Source: a virus (taxonomy: Duplodnaviria; Caudoviricetes). From it: DNA of 59,110 nt. Positions 47,151 through 57,162 of the stretch are shown here, piece after piece. Location of the stretch: IMG/VR virus record IMGVR_UViG_3300027600_000049, positions 1 through 59,110 of that record; one strand, given 5' to 3'. The position numbers and the translations under genes were made by a program. The notes below the pieces were generated by a model, which saw only the letters and a program-made list of their open reading frames with translations, did not search any database and had not been told where the DNA came from. The stretch's first letter is position 1. Each line of letters begins with the position of its first letter.

Positions 47151-50100
47151 ATGCCCACTTTACAAGAAGTCCTTGCTGACCCAAACTATGTAAATGCAAA
47201 CTTTGCTACCAAGCAAGCCATTTTCAATAAGTATGCGTCACAGGACACCAACTACTCCCAGGCCAATGATGCAACCCGCTTTGCCATCCGGCAAAAGTAT
47301 GGGGTAGAAACACCCGTAGCCCAGGAAACGCCTACGGCCAAACCTATTCCTCAAAGGACATACGGCGAAGCTGCCAAGGACGTAGGCGGCAAGTTTGTTT
47401 CTGGCATTGGGTCGTTGGTACAGTTACCGGGCCAGTTGTATGGCTTGGCTACTGGAGACTTCTCTAAAACTGGTCTGTTAGGGGCCGGTGAGGACATTAA
47501 GAAGTACGGAGAAGAGATGCTGTCTCCGGCGCTTAAGGCTAAAGAAGAAGCCAGGGCGCAGAAAGTACAAGAAGCTGAGAAGACTGGGCAGATTGCTGCT
47601 GGTGCTACAGCGTTTGGTGAGACTATCAAAGACCCAGCCTTGCTCGTTGGGTTCTTGGTGGAACAAATTCCACAGATTATCCCTGCCTTATTAACAGGTG
47701 GCGGTACTGCTGCACTTACTGCAGCCGGTATTACTGCACGGGAGGCCGCTGCATTGGTGGCAAGTGGCGCTGCCAAAGAGGCGGCTCAGACTGCGGCTAA
47801 GCAGATCGCTGCCAAGAAGGCTGGTGAGCTTGGTGTTAAGGCTGCTGTTGGTACCGGTGCTGTGCAGCAAGGCGCTGATATAGGTGCCGGTGCATATGAA
47901 AACATCTACAAAGAAGCGATAGCTCAGGGTATGTCTGAGCCTGAAGCTGCTCAGAAAGCTTTGGGATTAGCGCGGGCTGCTGGTGCATCTGGTGCTTTGA
48001 TCTCACTGTTGGCCCAGAGACTTCCCGGCGCACGCACCTTGGAAGAAGCATTTGCTGGCGTACCTGGGAAAACTGGTCGCATTCTGGGTGCTGGTAAGGG
48101 TGCTTTGGGTGAGTCCGTAAGCGAGATGGCTGAAGAGGGTGGCGGTAAATTCACCCAGAATTTAGCTATGCGTGAGGTCAATCCTGAGCAGGATCTGCTT
48201 GCTGGTGTTGGTCAAGCTGCTGGTATGGCTGCTATTGGTGGCGGTGGCATGGGTGCCATTGCTGGTGCAGCACGGCGTCCCGGCACCAAGGTGGAAACGT
48301 TACCACCCGTTACGGGAACGGGGAACCCTCCTACAGACAGTCCAGTTGTAGGCACAACCACGGTAAATGTTGGCGGCAAAGATAGCGTAAAAGTTAATAA
48401 AGCGGATGGAAGTAGCGATATTGATGGCGTCCAAGTCACGCCGCCCACAGAAACGGCACCGGGCGAACCTGCTGCCGTGGAAACGTTACCACCTGCCGAT
48501 CAAGGTGTACCCCCTCCAGCCGAGATCCCTGGTGCGCCTACCGGTGTGGAAACGTTACCACCTGCGGAAGCACCTCCTGCCGCTACACCTCCTGCGCCGG
48601 AGGCTGTTGCGCCTATGGAGCCAGAAGCGCCTGAGTTTGTTCCCATTGAAACTGAGCAAACCAAGCCCAGGGGCGTGGCAAAGGTTGAATTTACCCCTGA
48701 AGAAAAGCAAGAAATAAAAGAGGTGGAAGCCTCGCTGGTTCAGATTAACAAAGAAATAAGAGAAGCTCAGGCTGAAAATGGAAGCCTGTTTAGTATGCTC
48801 AAAGGGAAGCTGGTAGAGCGGCCCGGTGCATTTTCACTTTCCGACATTGACAAAAACAAAAAGAGTTTAAAGCAGCTGTATAGCGCAAGTGGGCAGGGTG
48901 TTCTATTAGAGGACATGGTGGCCGATGGCGAATTGGATGCGTTTTTGCCGGGTGAAAATCGTGCAGTTATTAACGGGGAACAAAATGAAAACTTTGATGC
49001 CCAAGCGGCAATAGAGCATATTGCCGAAAAACTGCGAAACGGCGATTACAGAACCGAATATGCTGCCGCAAAGCTGAAGACTGCTCAAAATCAAAAAGCA
49101 GAGATACAGGCGCAGCTTGAAAAATTGAAATCTGTTCCAAGCACAAACTTAGAACTTAGTGAGATCGCTGAGCAGCCAAAAGGTGAGGCCACAGAAGTAA
49201 GCTTAAAAGATCTTGAGGATGAAGCTCTTTCTGCTGGCGTAGATGTTGATCGCTTGAGAGAAGAATTAAGCGACAGTATGCCCAGTGCATCTATTGAAGA
49301 ATTTAAGGGTGCATATCGCAATGCTTTGTTTGCTGCGACAAGCGGTTCGCAGTCATACACCATTGATAACAGCGAATACACCATAGACGAAATTGCAACA
49401 TACATCAGCGAAGGATTTACCGAAGATGAAATCAACGAACTTATCGCCCAAGCCGAGGCCGACCAAGCAGCAATTGCAAAAGCTGCTCCAATCGCTAAGC
49501 CCAGAACAAAGGGTGGCGGTACTAAAAAAATCCCTCCAGAAGAAAAGCCAACAGTAGGCGCAGGTCTTCCCGCAGACTTGCCAGAGCCAAAAGACTTTAT
49601 AGCAAAGAAATCCTTAGAACAGATTGCCAAAGAAATAAATGGCATGACCGCCACCCAGCTTGCGCAGTGGGCTATTGATAATGCTCCCAACAGTGCAGCC
49701 AAAGCAATTGCTGAAAAAGTTTTTGCGCGGGTTAAAGAGTTGGATGAAAGAGGATTCTTTAAAAAACCTGTAAATGTAATGAACAGGGACGATCTTAAAT
49801 TCAGAGGAAAATTTAGCTACAACATTGGAAAAGACTACCGTTTCGGATATTTCACATTTGCCGGTTTAAAGAATGGCAAAGAACATAGAGGTACAGGCAC
49901 AAGATATATAACCATATTGCATGAGCTGTTGCATTCGGTTACTTCCGCAACATTAGACCCATCATTCTTGGGTAAAAAAAGCAAAGAAGCTAATGATTTG
50001 CAAGTTGTTCTTGATAAAGTCAAGAAACAAATGAAGGCAGATCAAGCTGCTGGTAGAATACATCCCATTCTTGATCGCATCAAGGTTAACAAAACCAATA

Positions 50101-53100
50101 CCGTAAAAGACATTATGGAATTGGTGTCGTGGGGTTTAACAGACCCAGACTTCCAAGACTACTTGTCCAAGGTAAAGGTAGGCAATACCAATGCTTTGAC
50201 TCGCATGGTTGAGATATTCAGGAAGCTATTGGGCTTGGATGCCCAGTATGAAACTGCTTTGGATACGGTTGTCAGAACTGCCGACACTATTCTTGACACT
50301 CCCTTTGAGCAGATTGAAAAAGAGCTTGGCCCCATTGGTACTAAGAAGCCTGCTGCGCCACCCGCCACAACAAAGCCTGCTGCAAATGCTCCTCCCAAGT
50401 TGACTGCGCCTAAAGGGTTCAAGTTAAAAGAAGGCCGCAATGAGCAGGTTGTGCTTGCTGCACGAGAGCTAAAGGCTGGAAACATTACCAAGCAACAGTA
50501 TGATGAGTATGTAAATTACTACACCCCCGTCAGAGAAATACTTGGCGACAAACTAGAAAAGCCAATTAATGATGACTTGATGCGGTTAATTTTGGTAAAC
50601 AAGATTCCGCAGAAGAAAGATCCTAAGCTTGTTAATGCCTCTATTGCAGACGGCACAAAAGTTGGCTTGCGAATGGACATTCCTGCGCTGGAGTGGGGAA
50701 GAGCCAATGGAGTTAATGGCAGCGTAGTGTCTATCCACGAAGGCAAGCCCGCAACCAATGCGGCGGCTGGAAAGAATATCAGCTACAAGTCGGCTGGATT
50801 TTTGAAGAATGCTGTGTTTGCCATCCGCTCTGAAGAGAAGGCGTTTGGTATTGCTCAAATGCAAGAGGGGCGTGCGGGACAAAAAGCACCGCAACAGACT
50901 ATTGAAGGTACTTGGGTCAACATGACGCCAGATGAAATCTTCAAGATGGTCAAAGAAAAGCTGAACGATCCTGCGTGGTCACAGGTCAGCCTTGATCCAT
51001 TGCGTCATTCATTCTTTTACGATAGATCGAACACCAAGCCTGTTGTGTCAGCCGATGAGGTGTTGCAAGTGGGTCGTTTTGTCTTGGCTAAGAACGTCAA
51101 GTATGCGCCTAGAGAAAAGTTTCTTTACGAAGAAGAAAAATCTTCTGAAGAAAGCGTAGGCGACAAAGTAAAAGCCACGGTTTCTACTGCTTTGCAAAGG
51201 CGTGAGCCACTGAATCCAGCAGACTTTAAAGGTGTTCCGCAAGAATTCCTTGACAAAGCAAATCCTGTCTATGCGCCTCAGCATAAGACAATCATTCAGC
51301 GCCTTGAGGAAATGAAAGACCGCTTCTGGCAGCGGCTTTCGCAAGGTATTGCTGACCAGTTCCGCACCATCAAAGAGTACAGCGAAGACGCCTACATTCT
51401 TGCGCGTATGTCCAAGACTGTGGACGGCGCACTTGAAGGTCTGATGTTCTTTGGTCAAGTATTCAATGACGGTGGCGCACTGAATATTAAACAAGGCACC
51501 AAGGGGATGATTGACATTCTCAAGCCGTTAGGTAGCGAAGTTGGCCGCTATCAGATGTGGATTGCCCTGAACCGCGAGGCAGATTTACCGCCAGAAAAAC
51601 GTACTGTATTTATTGACAAGAAGACGGGCGAAGATGTAATGCCCTATTTGGTTACAAATAGGAACACTCTTATTGATGGGGATCTTGACGGCAAGCCCCG
51701 TGAGCAGGTCTATAAAGCTGTGCGCATAGAGATGAACAAGCTGAACCGTTCTGTGCTGAAGGTTGCGCTGGACTCTGGGTTAATTGACTCCACGGCCAAT
51801 GCAATTGACCGGCTGCGTGAGCGCATCAATGTTGCTCAGAACAATGAAAACTTGTCTGACGCCAAGAGAGAAAAAGAGATTGAAGAGCTTGAAGGCCAGA
51901 TTGAGGAGTTGAAGAATAACCCAATCGGCTATGAGCGGTTCATTGAGGACATTAACTACATCCCGTTCTATCGTGAAATGGAAGATGGTGACGTTTCCAA
52001 GGTAATGACCGCTACCGGCTTGTCAAACCAGCACTTCTCCAAGGCTTTGGAAGGTGGTGTTAGCCCGTTTGCCGATCTGATGGAAAACACTCTGCGTAAT
52101 TGGAGTCACATCCTGTCTGCTTCTATGAAGAATCAGGCTGCAGCCGCTACGCTGAATGCTGCCGAGAAGCTAGGCGGTGCAGAGCCAAACCTCAAAGTGC
52201 CGTACTACATGATTGACGGCAAGGTGTACTACCGCAGCAATGATGAGATGGTTGGCGATGGGTCTGTTCGGTCATGGATGACTGAATCCGGCAAGGGCAC
52301 AGTCAAGGCGATGGTCGATGGTCAGCCTGTGTATTACCAAGTGCTTGATCCTTTGCTGCTGGATTCAATTACTTCCATTGGGTACATGGGGCCAAAGTCT
52401 AAGTTCCTGGATGTGGCTAGGGGATTCAAGAATGTCCTCCAGTTTGGCGTGACTATCTCTCCTGCGTTCAAGATCCGCAACTTGTTCCGTGACTCTATCT
52501 CTGCGATGGCTGTCAGTGACCTAAAGAAGAATCCATTTGCTAACGTGGTCAACGGCTGGGCTTTGAGCAACAAGGACAATCCTGCCCATATGTCTGCCTT
52601 GGCTGGTGGTGCTTTGTTTAACTTTGGCTCCATTGTTGAGGGAGATCAGGCTGCGCTGGTGAAGCGGCTGATCAAGATGGGCGTCAAAGAAGAACACATT
52701 CTGGATACGCCCGCAAAGATTAAGAACCAACTTAAAAAGGCGTGGGACAAGTACCAAGAATTTGGTAACAAGTCTGAATCTGCAAACCGCATGGCGCTGT
52801 ATCAACAGATGAAAGACAAGGGCTACGGGCACTTGGAGGCTTCCTACTACGCCAGAGACTTGCTTGATTTCTCTATGCAAGGTTCATGGCCTGCCTTCCG
52901 CCTGCTGACCCAGGTAATTCCATTCTTGAATGCTCGTACACAAGGTCTGTATAAGCTGGGCAGGGATGGTATCAATCCTACTGTGCGGGTGTTCTATAAC
53001 TCCATTACTGGTAAGCCAATTGAGCAGACAGATAAGCAAAAAGCTGAGTCCTTTGGAATCGTTACCGGCGCTGTCTGCCTTGCTTCGCTTGCTCTGTACT

Positions 53101-54005
53101 TTGCATTCAAGGACGATGAAGAGTTTAAAAAGCGGGATGAGTGGGATCGGGATAACTTCTGGTGGTTCAAGCTGCCTGGGATGGAATATGCCCTGCGTAT
53201 CCCCAAGCCATTTGAGATTGGTGCATTTGGTACGTTGGTTGAGCGCACAGCAGAACAAATCTTTGACCAAGGCTCAGAGGGCAAGCAGTTTGAGCAATCA
53301 TTGAAGCGCATGATCACAGACACCTTTGCGGTTAACCTGCCGCAATTCTTCAAACCGCTGGTGGATCTGTATGCAAACAAAGATTCATTCACTGGTGCGC
53401 CGATTGAATCTGCTGGCATGGAGCGTCTGTCCAAGCAAGAGCGTGCCACTGACACGACAAGCCCCTTGGCTATTGCCCTGGGTGGTTTGACCAAGGTAAT
53501 GGTTCCAGGCGAGGGGCTATCCCCTGTGCAGGTGGACTACGCCATCAAGGCTTACTTTGGCTGGCTGGGCGGCACGATTGCTGAGACATCGCACTATGCG
53601 GTCATGCCGTTCAAAGATGGCGCATATCCTGATACCAAGTGGGTGGACAAGGTGAGTGTTGGATTTATCAAGTCATTGCCATCAAACCAATCCAAGTACG
53701 CCACTGCTTTCTATGAGAACAACAAAGAGATCAGTCAGGCGTATGCTGATATGCGGCACTATGCAGAGATCGGGGATTCCGCTAAGGTACTCAAGATTCT
53801 TGAAGAGAAGCAAGACAAGATTGGACTCGCCAAGTTCTATGACAAGACGGCAAAGAACATGGCTAAGGTCAGATTGCAGATCCGCATGATCACCAATGAC
53901 ACCTCTATGGACGGTGCCACCAAGCGTGAAGAGATTGACCGCTTGAAGTCGCTGATCTCAATGATGGCTGAGCAGGCAGAAGATACCCGCAAAGCAATGA
54001 AGTAG
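47151..54005 (+). CDS. large polyvalent/ejection protein with a zincin-like HExxH and LPD38-like C-terminus
   Basis: 2284 aa; TILHELLH; ARDLLDFS...IPFLNA..QG...RDNFWW...RIPKPFEIG. Confidence 0.8.
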   Translation: MPTLQEVLADPNYVNANFATKQAIFNKYASQDTNYSQANDATRFAIRQKYGVETPVAQETPTAKPIPQRTYGEAAKDVGGKFVSGIGSLVQLPGQLYGLATGDFSKTGLLGAGEDIKKYGEEMLSPALKAKEEARAQKVQEAEKTGQIAAGATAFGETIKDPALLVGFLVEQIPQIIPALLTGGGTAALTAAGITAREAAALVASGAAKEAAQTAAKQIAAKKAGELGVKAAVGTGAVQQGADIGAGAYENIYKEAIAQGMSEPEAAQKALGLARAAGASGALISLLAQRLPGARTLEEAFAGVPGKTGRILGAGKGALGESVSEMAEEGGGKFTQNLAMREVNPEQDLLAGVGQAAGMAAIGGGGMGAIAGAARRPGTKVETLPPVTGTGNPPTDSPVVGTTTVNVGGKDSVKVNKADGSSDIDGVQVTPPTETAPGEPAAVETLPPADQGVPPPAEIPGAPTGVETLPPAEAPPAATPPAPEAVAPMEPEAPEFVPIETEQTKPRGVAKVEFTPEEKQEIKEVEASLVQINKEIREAQAENGSLFSMLKGKLVERPGAFSLSDIDKNKKSLKQLYSASGQGVLLEDMVADGELDAFLPGENRAVINGEQNENFDAQAAIEHIAEKLRNGDYRTEYAAAKLKTAQNQKAEIQAQLEKLKSVPSTNLELSEIAEQPKGEATEVSLKDLEDEALSAGVDVDRLREELSDSMPSASIEEFKGAYRNALFAATSGSQSYTIDNSEYTIDEIATYISEGFTEDEINELIAQAEADQAAIAKAAPIAKPRTKGGGTKKIPPEEKPTVGAGLPADLPEPKDFIAKKSLEQIAKEINGMTATQLAQWAIDNAPNSAAKAIAEKVFARVKELDERGFFKKPVNVMNRDDLKFRGKFSYNIGKDYRFGYFTFAGLKNGKEHRGTGTRYITILHELLHSVTSATLDPSFLGKKSKEANDLQVVLDKVKKQMKADQAAGRIHPILDRIKVNKTNTVKDIMELVSWGLTDPDFQDYLSKVKVGNTNALTRMVEIFRKLLGLDAQYETALDTVVRTADTILDTPFEQIEKELGPIGTKKPAAPPATTKPAANAPPKLTAPKGFKLKEGRNEQVVLAARELKAGNITKQQYDEYVNYYTPVREILGDKLEKPINDDLMRLILVNKIPQKKDPKLVNASIADGTKVGLRMDIPALEWGRANGVNGSVVSIHEGKPATNAAAGKNISYKSAGFLKNAVFAIRSEEKAFGIAQMQEGRAGQKAPQQTIEGTWVNMTPDEIFKMVKEKLNDPAWSQVSLDPLRHSFFYDRSNTKPVVSADEVLQVGRFVLAKNVKYAPREKFLYEEEKSSEESVGDKVKATVSTALQRREPLNPADFKGVPQEFLDKANPVYAPQHKTIIQRLEEMKDRFWQRLSQGIADQFRTIKEYSEDAYILARMSKTVDGALEGLMFFGQVFNDGGALNIKQGTKGMIDILKPLGSEVGRYQMWIALNREADLPPEKRTVFIDKKTGEDVMPYLVTNRNTLIDGDLDGKPREQVYKAVRIEMNKLNRSVLKVALDSGLIDSTANAIDRLRERINVAQNNENLSDAKREKEIEELEGQIEELKNNPIGYERFIEDINYIPFYREMEDGDVSKVMTATGLSNQHFSKALEGGVSPFADLMENTLRNWSHILSASMKNQAAAATLNAAEKLGGAEPNLKVPYYMIDGKVYYRSNDEMVGDGSVRSWMTESGKGTVKAMVDGQPVYYQVLDPLLLDSITSIGYMGPKSKFLDVARGFKNVLQFGVTISPAFKIRNLFRDSISAMAVSDLKKNPFANVVNGWALSNKDNPAHMSALAGGALFNFGSIVEGDQAALVKRLIKMGVKEEHILDTPAKIKNQLKKAWDKYQEFGNKSESANRMALYQQMKDKGYGHLEASYYARDLLDFSMQGSWPAFRLLTQVIPFLNARTQGLYKLGRDGINPTVRVFYNSITGKPIEQTDKQKAESFGIVTGAVCLASLALYFAFKDDEEFKKRDEWDRDNFWWFKLPGMEYALRIPKPFEIGAFGTLVERTAEQIFDQGSEGKQFEQSLKRMITDTFAVNLPQFFKPLVDLYANKDSFTGAPIESAGMERLSKQERATDTTSPLAIALGGLTKVMVPGEGLSPVQVDYAIKAYFGWLGGTIAETSHYAVMPFKDGAYPDTKWVDKVSVGFIKSLPSNQSKYATAFYENNKEISQAYADMRHYAEIGDSAKVLKILEEKQDKIGLAKFYDKTAKNMAKVRLQIRMITNDTSMDGATKREEIDRLKSLISMMAEQAEDTRKAMK

Positions 54006-54022
54006 TGGAAACGTTACCACTA
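54003..54022. repeat. palindromic site joining two convergent stop codons
   Basis: TAGTGGAAACGTTACCACTA. Confidence 0.9.
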
Positions 54023-54859
54023 ATCCCCGCAGAAGCAGGCAATGGCCTCCTCTGTGGGGTCGAATAGATTGCTTTGCGCCTTGGAGTAATCAAGCATGGC
54101 GGCGTATCCAGGGCGGTCAGTCCGAAACTTGTCGCCATCTCTAATCTTTGGCTCTGTAATTGACGCCTCTATGTTGGCCCACCACGTTGCCCTGCTTGGC
54201 TTTTCCGCAATCAATGAAAAGATTTGCGATGCGCCCTTGAGAAAGCACAGGTCGCAATTGCCGTGATAGGTAATGCCATTGATATTTGGAAGGCCAAGAT
54301 CAAACGGCTGCGCTTGCCAAAACTTGCTGATGTCTTCTTTGGTTATCCCGTCATCTGCTAGCGGCATATACCTTGTTACGCCCTTGCGTCCGTCAGATGG
54401 GTTGGCCCGTATCTTTGCAACCCGGCGCTGCTCATCGGCTCGGATGCCAATAAGGTTGTCCCATTCTGTCCAGCCGTTGGCCTTCAAGTATCTTTCAAAG
54501 GTCAGGATCTTGAGGTCAACCGTGCAGAACCGTGCTATTGGGTTTGGCAGGTAGCCCTTCTTCTTTACAAGCGCCTCAAACGGCTCCCCATTTCTGCTGG
54601 CGGTTTCGTATGTGACCACCTCAAACGGCGGATCAGCATCCCTGTACTCAAGCCATGTGATGGGTACATTCCAGTTTGTTTCTATGTCATGGCAGAAGCG
54701 TAACGTAGCGTCATCTTCCTTGCCAGTGTTGGCAAACAGGATCACCGCATCCTCTGGAAGACCATTGTTTTCTTGCAGAACACGCCACAACAAATACGCA
54801 GACGTTCTACCTCCGCTAAACGATATGCAGGTGGGAACATCTATTTTGTATGGGTTCAT
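54020..54859 (-). CDS. PAPS-reductase-family (PP-loop) protein
   Basis: SFSGGRTS, FANTGKE, RFCT..LK, GIRADE.RR and GNCDLCF motifs. Confidence 0.88.
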   Translation of the reverse strand: MNPYKIDVPTCISFSGGRTSAYLLWRVLQENNGLPEDAVILFANTGKEDDATLRFCHDIETNWNVPITWLEYRDADPPFEVVTYETASRNGEPFEALVKKKGYLPNPIARFCTVDLKILTFERYLKANGWTEWDNLIGIRADEQRRVAKIRANPSDGRKGVTRYMPLADDGITKEDISKFWQAQPFDLGLPNINGITYHGNCDLCFLKGASQIFSLIAEKPSRATWWANIEASITEPKIRDGDKFRTDRPGYAAMLDYSKAQSNLFDPTEEAIACFCGD

Positions 54860-55119
54860 TGTGTTTCCAACAGCCTTTGAATGGTAACGTTTAGGGCGTC
54901 AAGCTCTTCCATTTTCTTGATCTTCCACATTCTTTTCTGCCCGTGCCACCCCATCATAGAACCCTGGTGGCAGTCTTTGCATAGGGCCACTACGCAATAC
55001 TGCAACGATTGTTCTATGTGGTGAGCATCGGAGGGTGCTGGCGCATCACAGACAGAGCAAGGAAGCATCTTCACTCTGCCTATGTGCGCCTTCTGCTTGG
55101 CGGTTAGATTGTTATTCAA
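54856..55119 (-). CDS. Ref/DUF968-like HNH nuclease
   Basis: PCSVC...AHHI...ALCKDCHQG...GWHG; probable TTG start. Confidence 0.75.
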   Translation of the reverse strand: MNNNLTAKQKAHIGRVKMLPCSVCDAPAPSDAHHIEQSLQYCVVALCKDCHQGSMMGWHGQKRMWKIKKMEELDALNVTIQRLLETQ

Positions 55120-55291
55120 TCTTGTTCTTCTCGTGCGCCGTCCATATCTTGGTCTTGACCAGATCATCGATGATGCTATCGACAAGCCGATCAATTCCCT
55201 CGTATTGCCTGTGCAGCAGTTTGTCATTGAGCATTCTCATGCTCATCTCTGCCCGCAGCAGGTAACTAGCCCAGTCGTTGAAGTCGTTCAT
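55112..55291 (-). CDS. hypothetical protein (59 aa, MNDFNDWASYLL...)
   Basis: Translated by hand; AAGGA RBS. Confidence 0.55.
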   Translation of the reverse strand: MNDFNDWASYLLRAEMSMRMLNDKLLHRQYEGIDRLVDSIIDDLVKTKIWTAHEKNKIE

Positions 55292-55484
55292 TTCGTTCCT
55301 TTATCATGTCTTCTGCCATGTCATAGGCGGTTGCTGCAAAGTCAGGCATGGTCATACCTGTCTCGCTGACCAAGGCTTGCATTACCTTGGCCGCAAAGTA
55401 ATCCATCAGCAACATACCCTCATCGTACCCCTCAGAGATGGGTGCCATCTGCCGCCAGTTGTTGGTGGGGAATGCACTCTTCAT
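55266..55484 (-). CDS. DYFAAK-family protein
   Basis: AFP...GMLLMDYFAAKVMQ...AYDMAEDMI. Confidence 0.75.
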   Translation of the reverse strand: MKSAFPTNNWRQMAPISEGYDEGMLLMDYFAAKVMQALVSETGMTMPDFAATAYDMAEDMIKERNERLQRLG

Positions 55485-55678
55485 ATTCTCTTACCTCGTT
55501 CTTTCATCATGGCCTCGGCCCTATCAAAAGAATGCTTTGCTGCATCTTCATCTGCGGCAAACTCATTGTTTATTAGAGCAAAGGCTGCATACCAATCAAG
55601 CATTGTGATTTCTTGAATGGACACAGGCTCAACTTTGGAAACAAGGGACTCAATCCCTTCAGACTTTTTTCTTGCCAT
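55481..55678 (-). CDS. divergent DYFAAK-like protein
   Basis: ITMLDWYAAFAL...SFDRAEAMMKER. Confidence 0.7.
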   Translation of the reverse strand: MARKKSEGIESLVSKVEPVSIQEITMLDWYAAFALINNEFAADEDAAKHSFDRAEAMMKERGKRI

Positions 55679-55976
55679 TCTTGACTCCTACGGATTGATT
55701 AAGAATCATGGCCTCAATCTGCTTGGAAAGAATGTCAGCAATGGACTCTCCGTCTATGGAGATGCTGCTGGCTCTTTCGTTGTCTTTGATGACGGCGATG
55801 GCATCTCGCAGCCCCTTGTTATAGCCACCATTGAATACATCATCTCCTTCTACGATCAATGTGATGGCGTCCCGAACCAGTGCCGTTGCTTTGCGCTGCC
55901 CTGCTGCCGCTTTCAGTTTCAAATAGATGTCCTCTCTCAGATGCACTGAGTAAGGTACTAGCCGTTTCGTTTCCAT
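55659..55976 (-). CDS. putative ribbon-helix-helix DNA-binding protein
   Basis: YSVHLREDIYLKLK...TALVRDAI. Confidence 0.65.
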   Translation of the reverse strand: METKRLVPYSVHLREDIYLKLKAAAGQRKATALVRDAITLIVEGDDVFNGGYNKGLRDAIAVIKDNERASSISIDGESIADILSKQIEAMILNQSVGVKNGKKKV

Positions 55977-56377
55977 GCTTTGAATTCCTCGTTGATATTT
56001 AATAAAGTCTTTGCGGCTTCTGGATTTGTTTTGAGTTCTGCGCGGGATTTAACGCCCAACTCAGATCTCAACCAATCCGTTGCCACTGTTGCATTGGGTA
56101 CTTCAATGAACCCCAGGCCAAATAACCAGTCGTGAAACCTCTGGTCGTTGCATAAGATTCCAGCAAGCTGCACCACATCTTTTGGCAGGTCTTGCTCCCT
56201 GTTCATAGGTTTCTCTTCGCCGTTCAAGCGAACCATTACCACCTGATACCTAGCCCCAACAAAGTCACGCATGACCTCATTAGGGATCTCATCTGGGTGA
56301 ATGGACAGGGTAAGTACATACCCAGTCTTGTCTTGTTTAATGGCTACCTTGACGGCCTCAAACTGACTTGTCTTCAT
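55958..56377 (-). CDS. hypothetical protein
   Basis: ORF track; AGILCND..F...LGVKSRAEL. Confidence 0.75.
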   Translation of the reverse strand: MKTSQFEAVKVAIKQDKTGYVLTLSIHPDEIPNEVMRDFVGARYQVVMVRLNGEEKPMNREQDLPKDVVQLAGILCNDQRFHDWLFGLGFIEVPNATVATDWLRSELGVKSRAELKTNPEAAKTLLNINEEFKAWKRNG

Positions 56378-56379
56378 GG

Positions 56380-56814
56380 TCAGAAGGCCTCTCTCAGTTC
56401 TTTGTGCCGTTGCTTATGGCACGGCTGGCAGAGCCACATAACTTCCAAAGGCTTGTCATAGTCCTCGTGATGAGCGACCGATTTTGTTTCTCCGCACCTG
56501 ATACATGAATCTCGTACCATTGTCCCGGCGCGTAAAGCCTGGGCAACGGCGCTATGAGCGGCGTACCTTCTTTTATCCTCAAGCCGCCAAATACGTGTGA
56601 CTTCCGCTGTCGCCTTAATGCGCTCTGGGATTTTTCCCCTCTCCCGGTCATAGGCACGGATCCTCTCAATATTCTTATTCCTGTTGGCTGTAACATCATT
56701 TTTGTTGCACTCCTTGCATTTGTTTACATGACCGTCAGCCATCATTGAATGTTTGTAAAACTCCTCTAATGGCTTAACGGCTTTGCACTTAAAACATTCT
56801 TTAGAACGAACCAT
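56380..56814 (-). CDS. HNH endonuclease with an N-terminal Zn finger
   Basis: CFKC...CKEC; CIRC...AHHEDYDKPLEVMWLCQPCH; AGGAG RBS and TATAAT (56843-56848) upstream. Confidence 0.85.
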   Translation of the reverse strand: MVRSKECFKCKAVKPLEEFYKHSMMADGHVNKCKECNKNDVTANRNKNIERIRAYDRERGKIPERIKATAEVTRIWRLEDKRRYAAHSAVAQALRAGTMVRDSCIRCGETKSVAHHEDYDKPLEVMWLCQPCHKQRHKELREAF

Positions 56815-56856
56815 GTTGTACTCCTGTGCTGGTAATACAACCATTATAGACCCGTT

Positions 56857-57162
56857 CTAATTAAAAGGTATGTCTTGGTCATCAATAACCTGCTGCCGTG
56901 GCTTCTCCTGGCGTGGCGGGACATATGGGTTGTCCTTTGGCTTGGGCTTGTAGTTGTTCCAAGACATACGAAACCATTCGCCGTATTGGCCGCTCATCTT
57001 CCACGCCCCCAGCTTGATCACGATGTCATCGGAATCTGTTTCTTCCAGCAGTGTGCGCAGCGCAGACCTGTCCATAGTCAACTCGCCCACCATGTCGGGC
57101 TTGTTGGGTGCGTCCTTGTACCTGTTTGCCGATAGTTTTCCAGAATTAGGGTACTGTGCCAT
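56857..57162 (-). CDS. putative single-stranded DNA-binding protein
   Basis: PD..G...AW core; acidic DDQDIPF tail; adjacent to Erf. Confidence 0.7.
   Translation of the reverse strand: MAQYPNSGKLSANRYKDAPNKPDMVGELTMDRSALRTLLEETDSDDIVIKLGAWKMSGQYGEWFRMSWNNYKPKPKDNPYVPPRQEKPRQQVIDDQDIPFN

Noticed and set aside
54020-54859. Auxiliary sulfur-metabolism gene cysH
   Set aside because: No other cys genes and a DNA-metabolism context; the family match alone does not support that function
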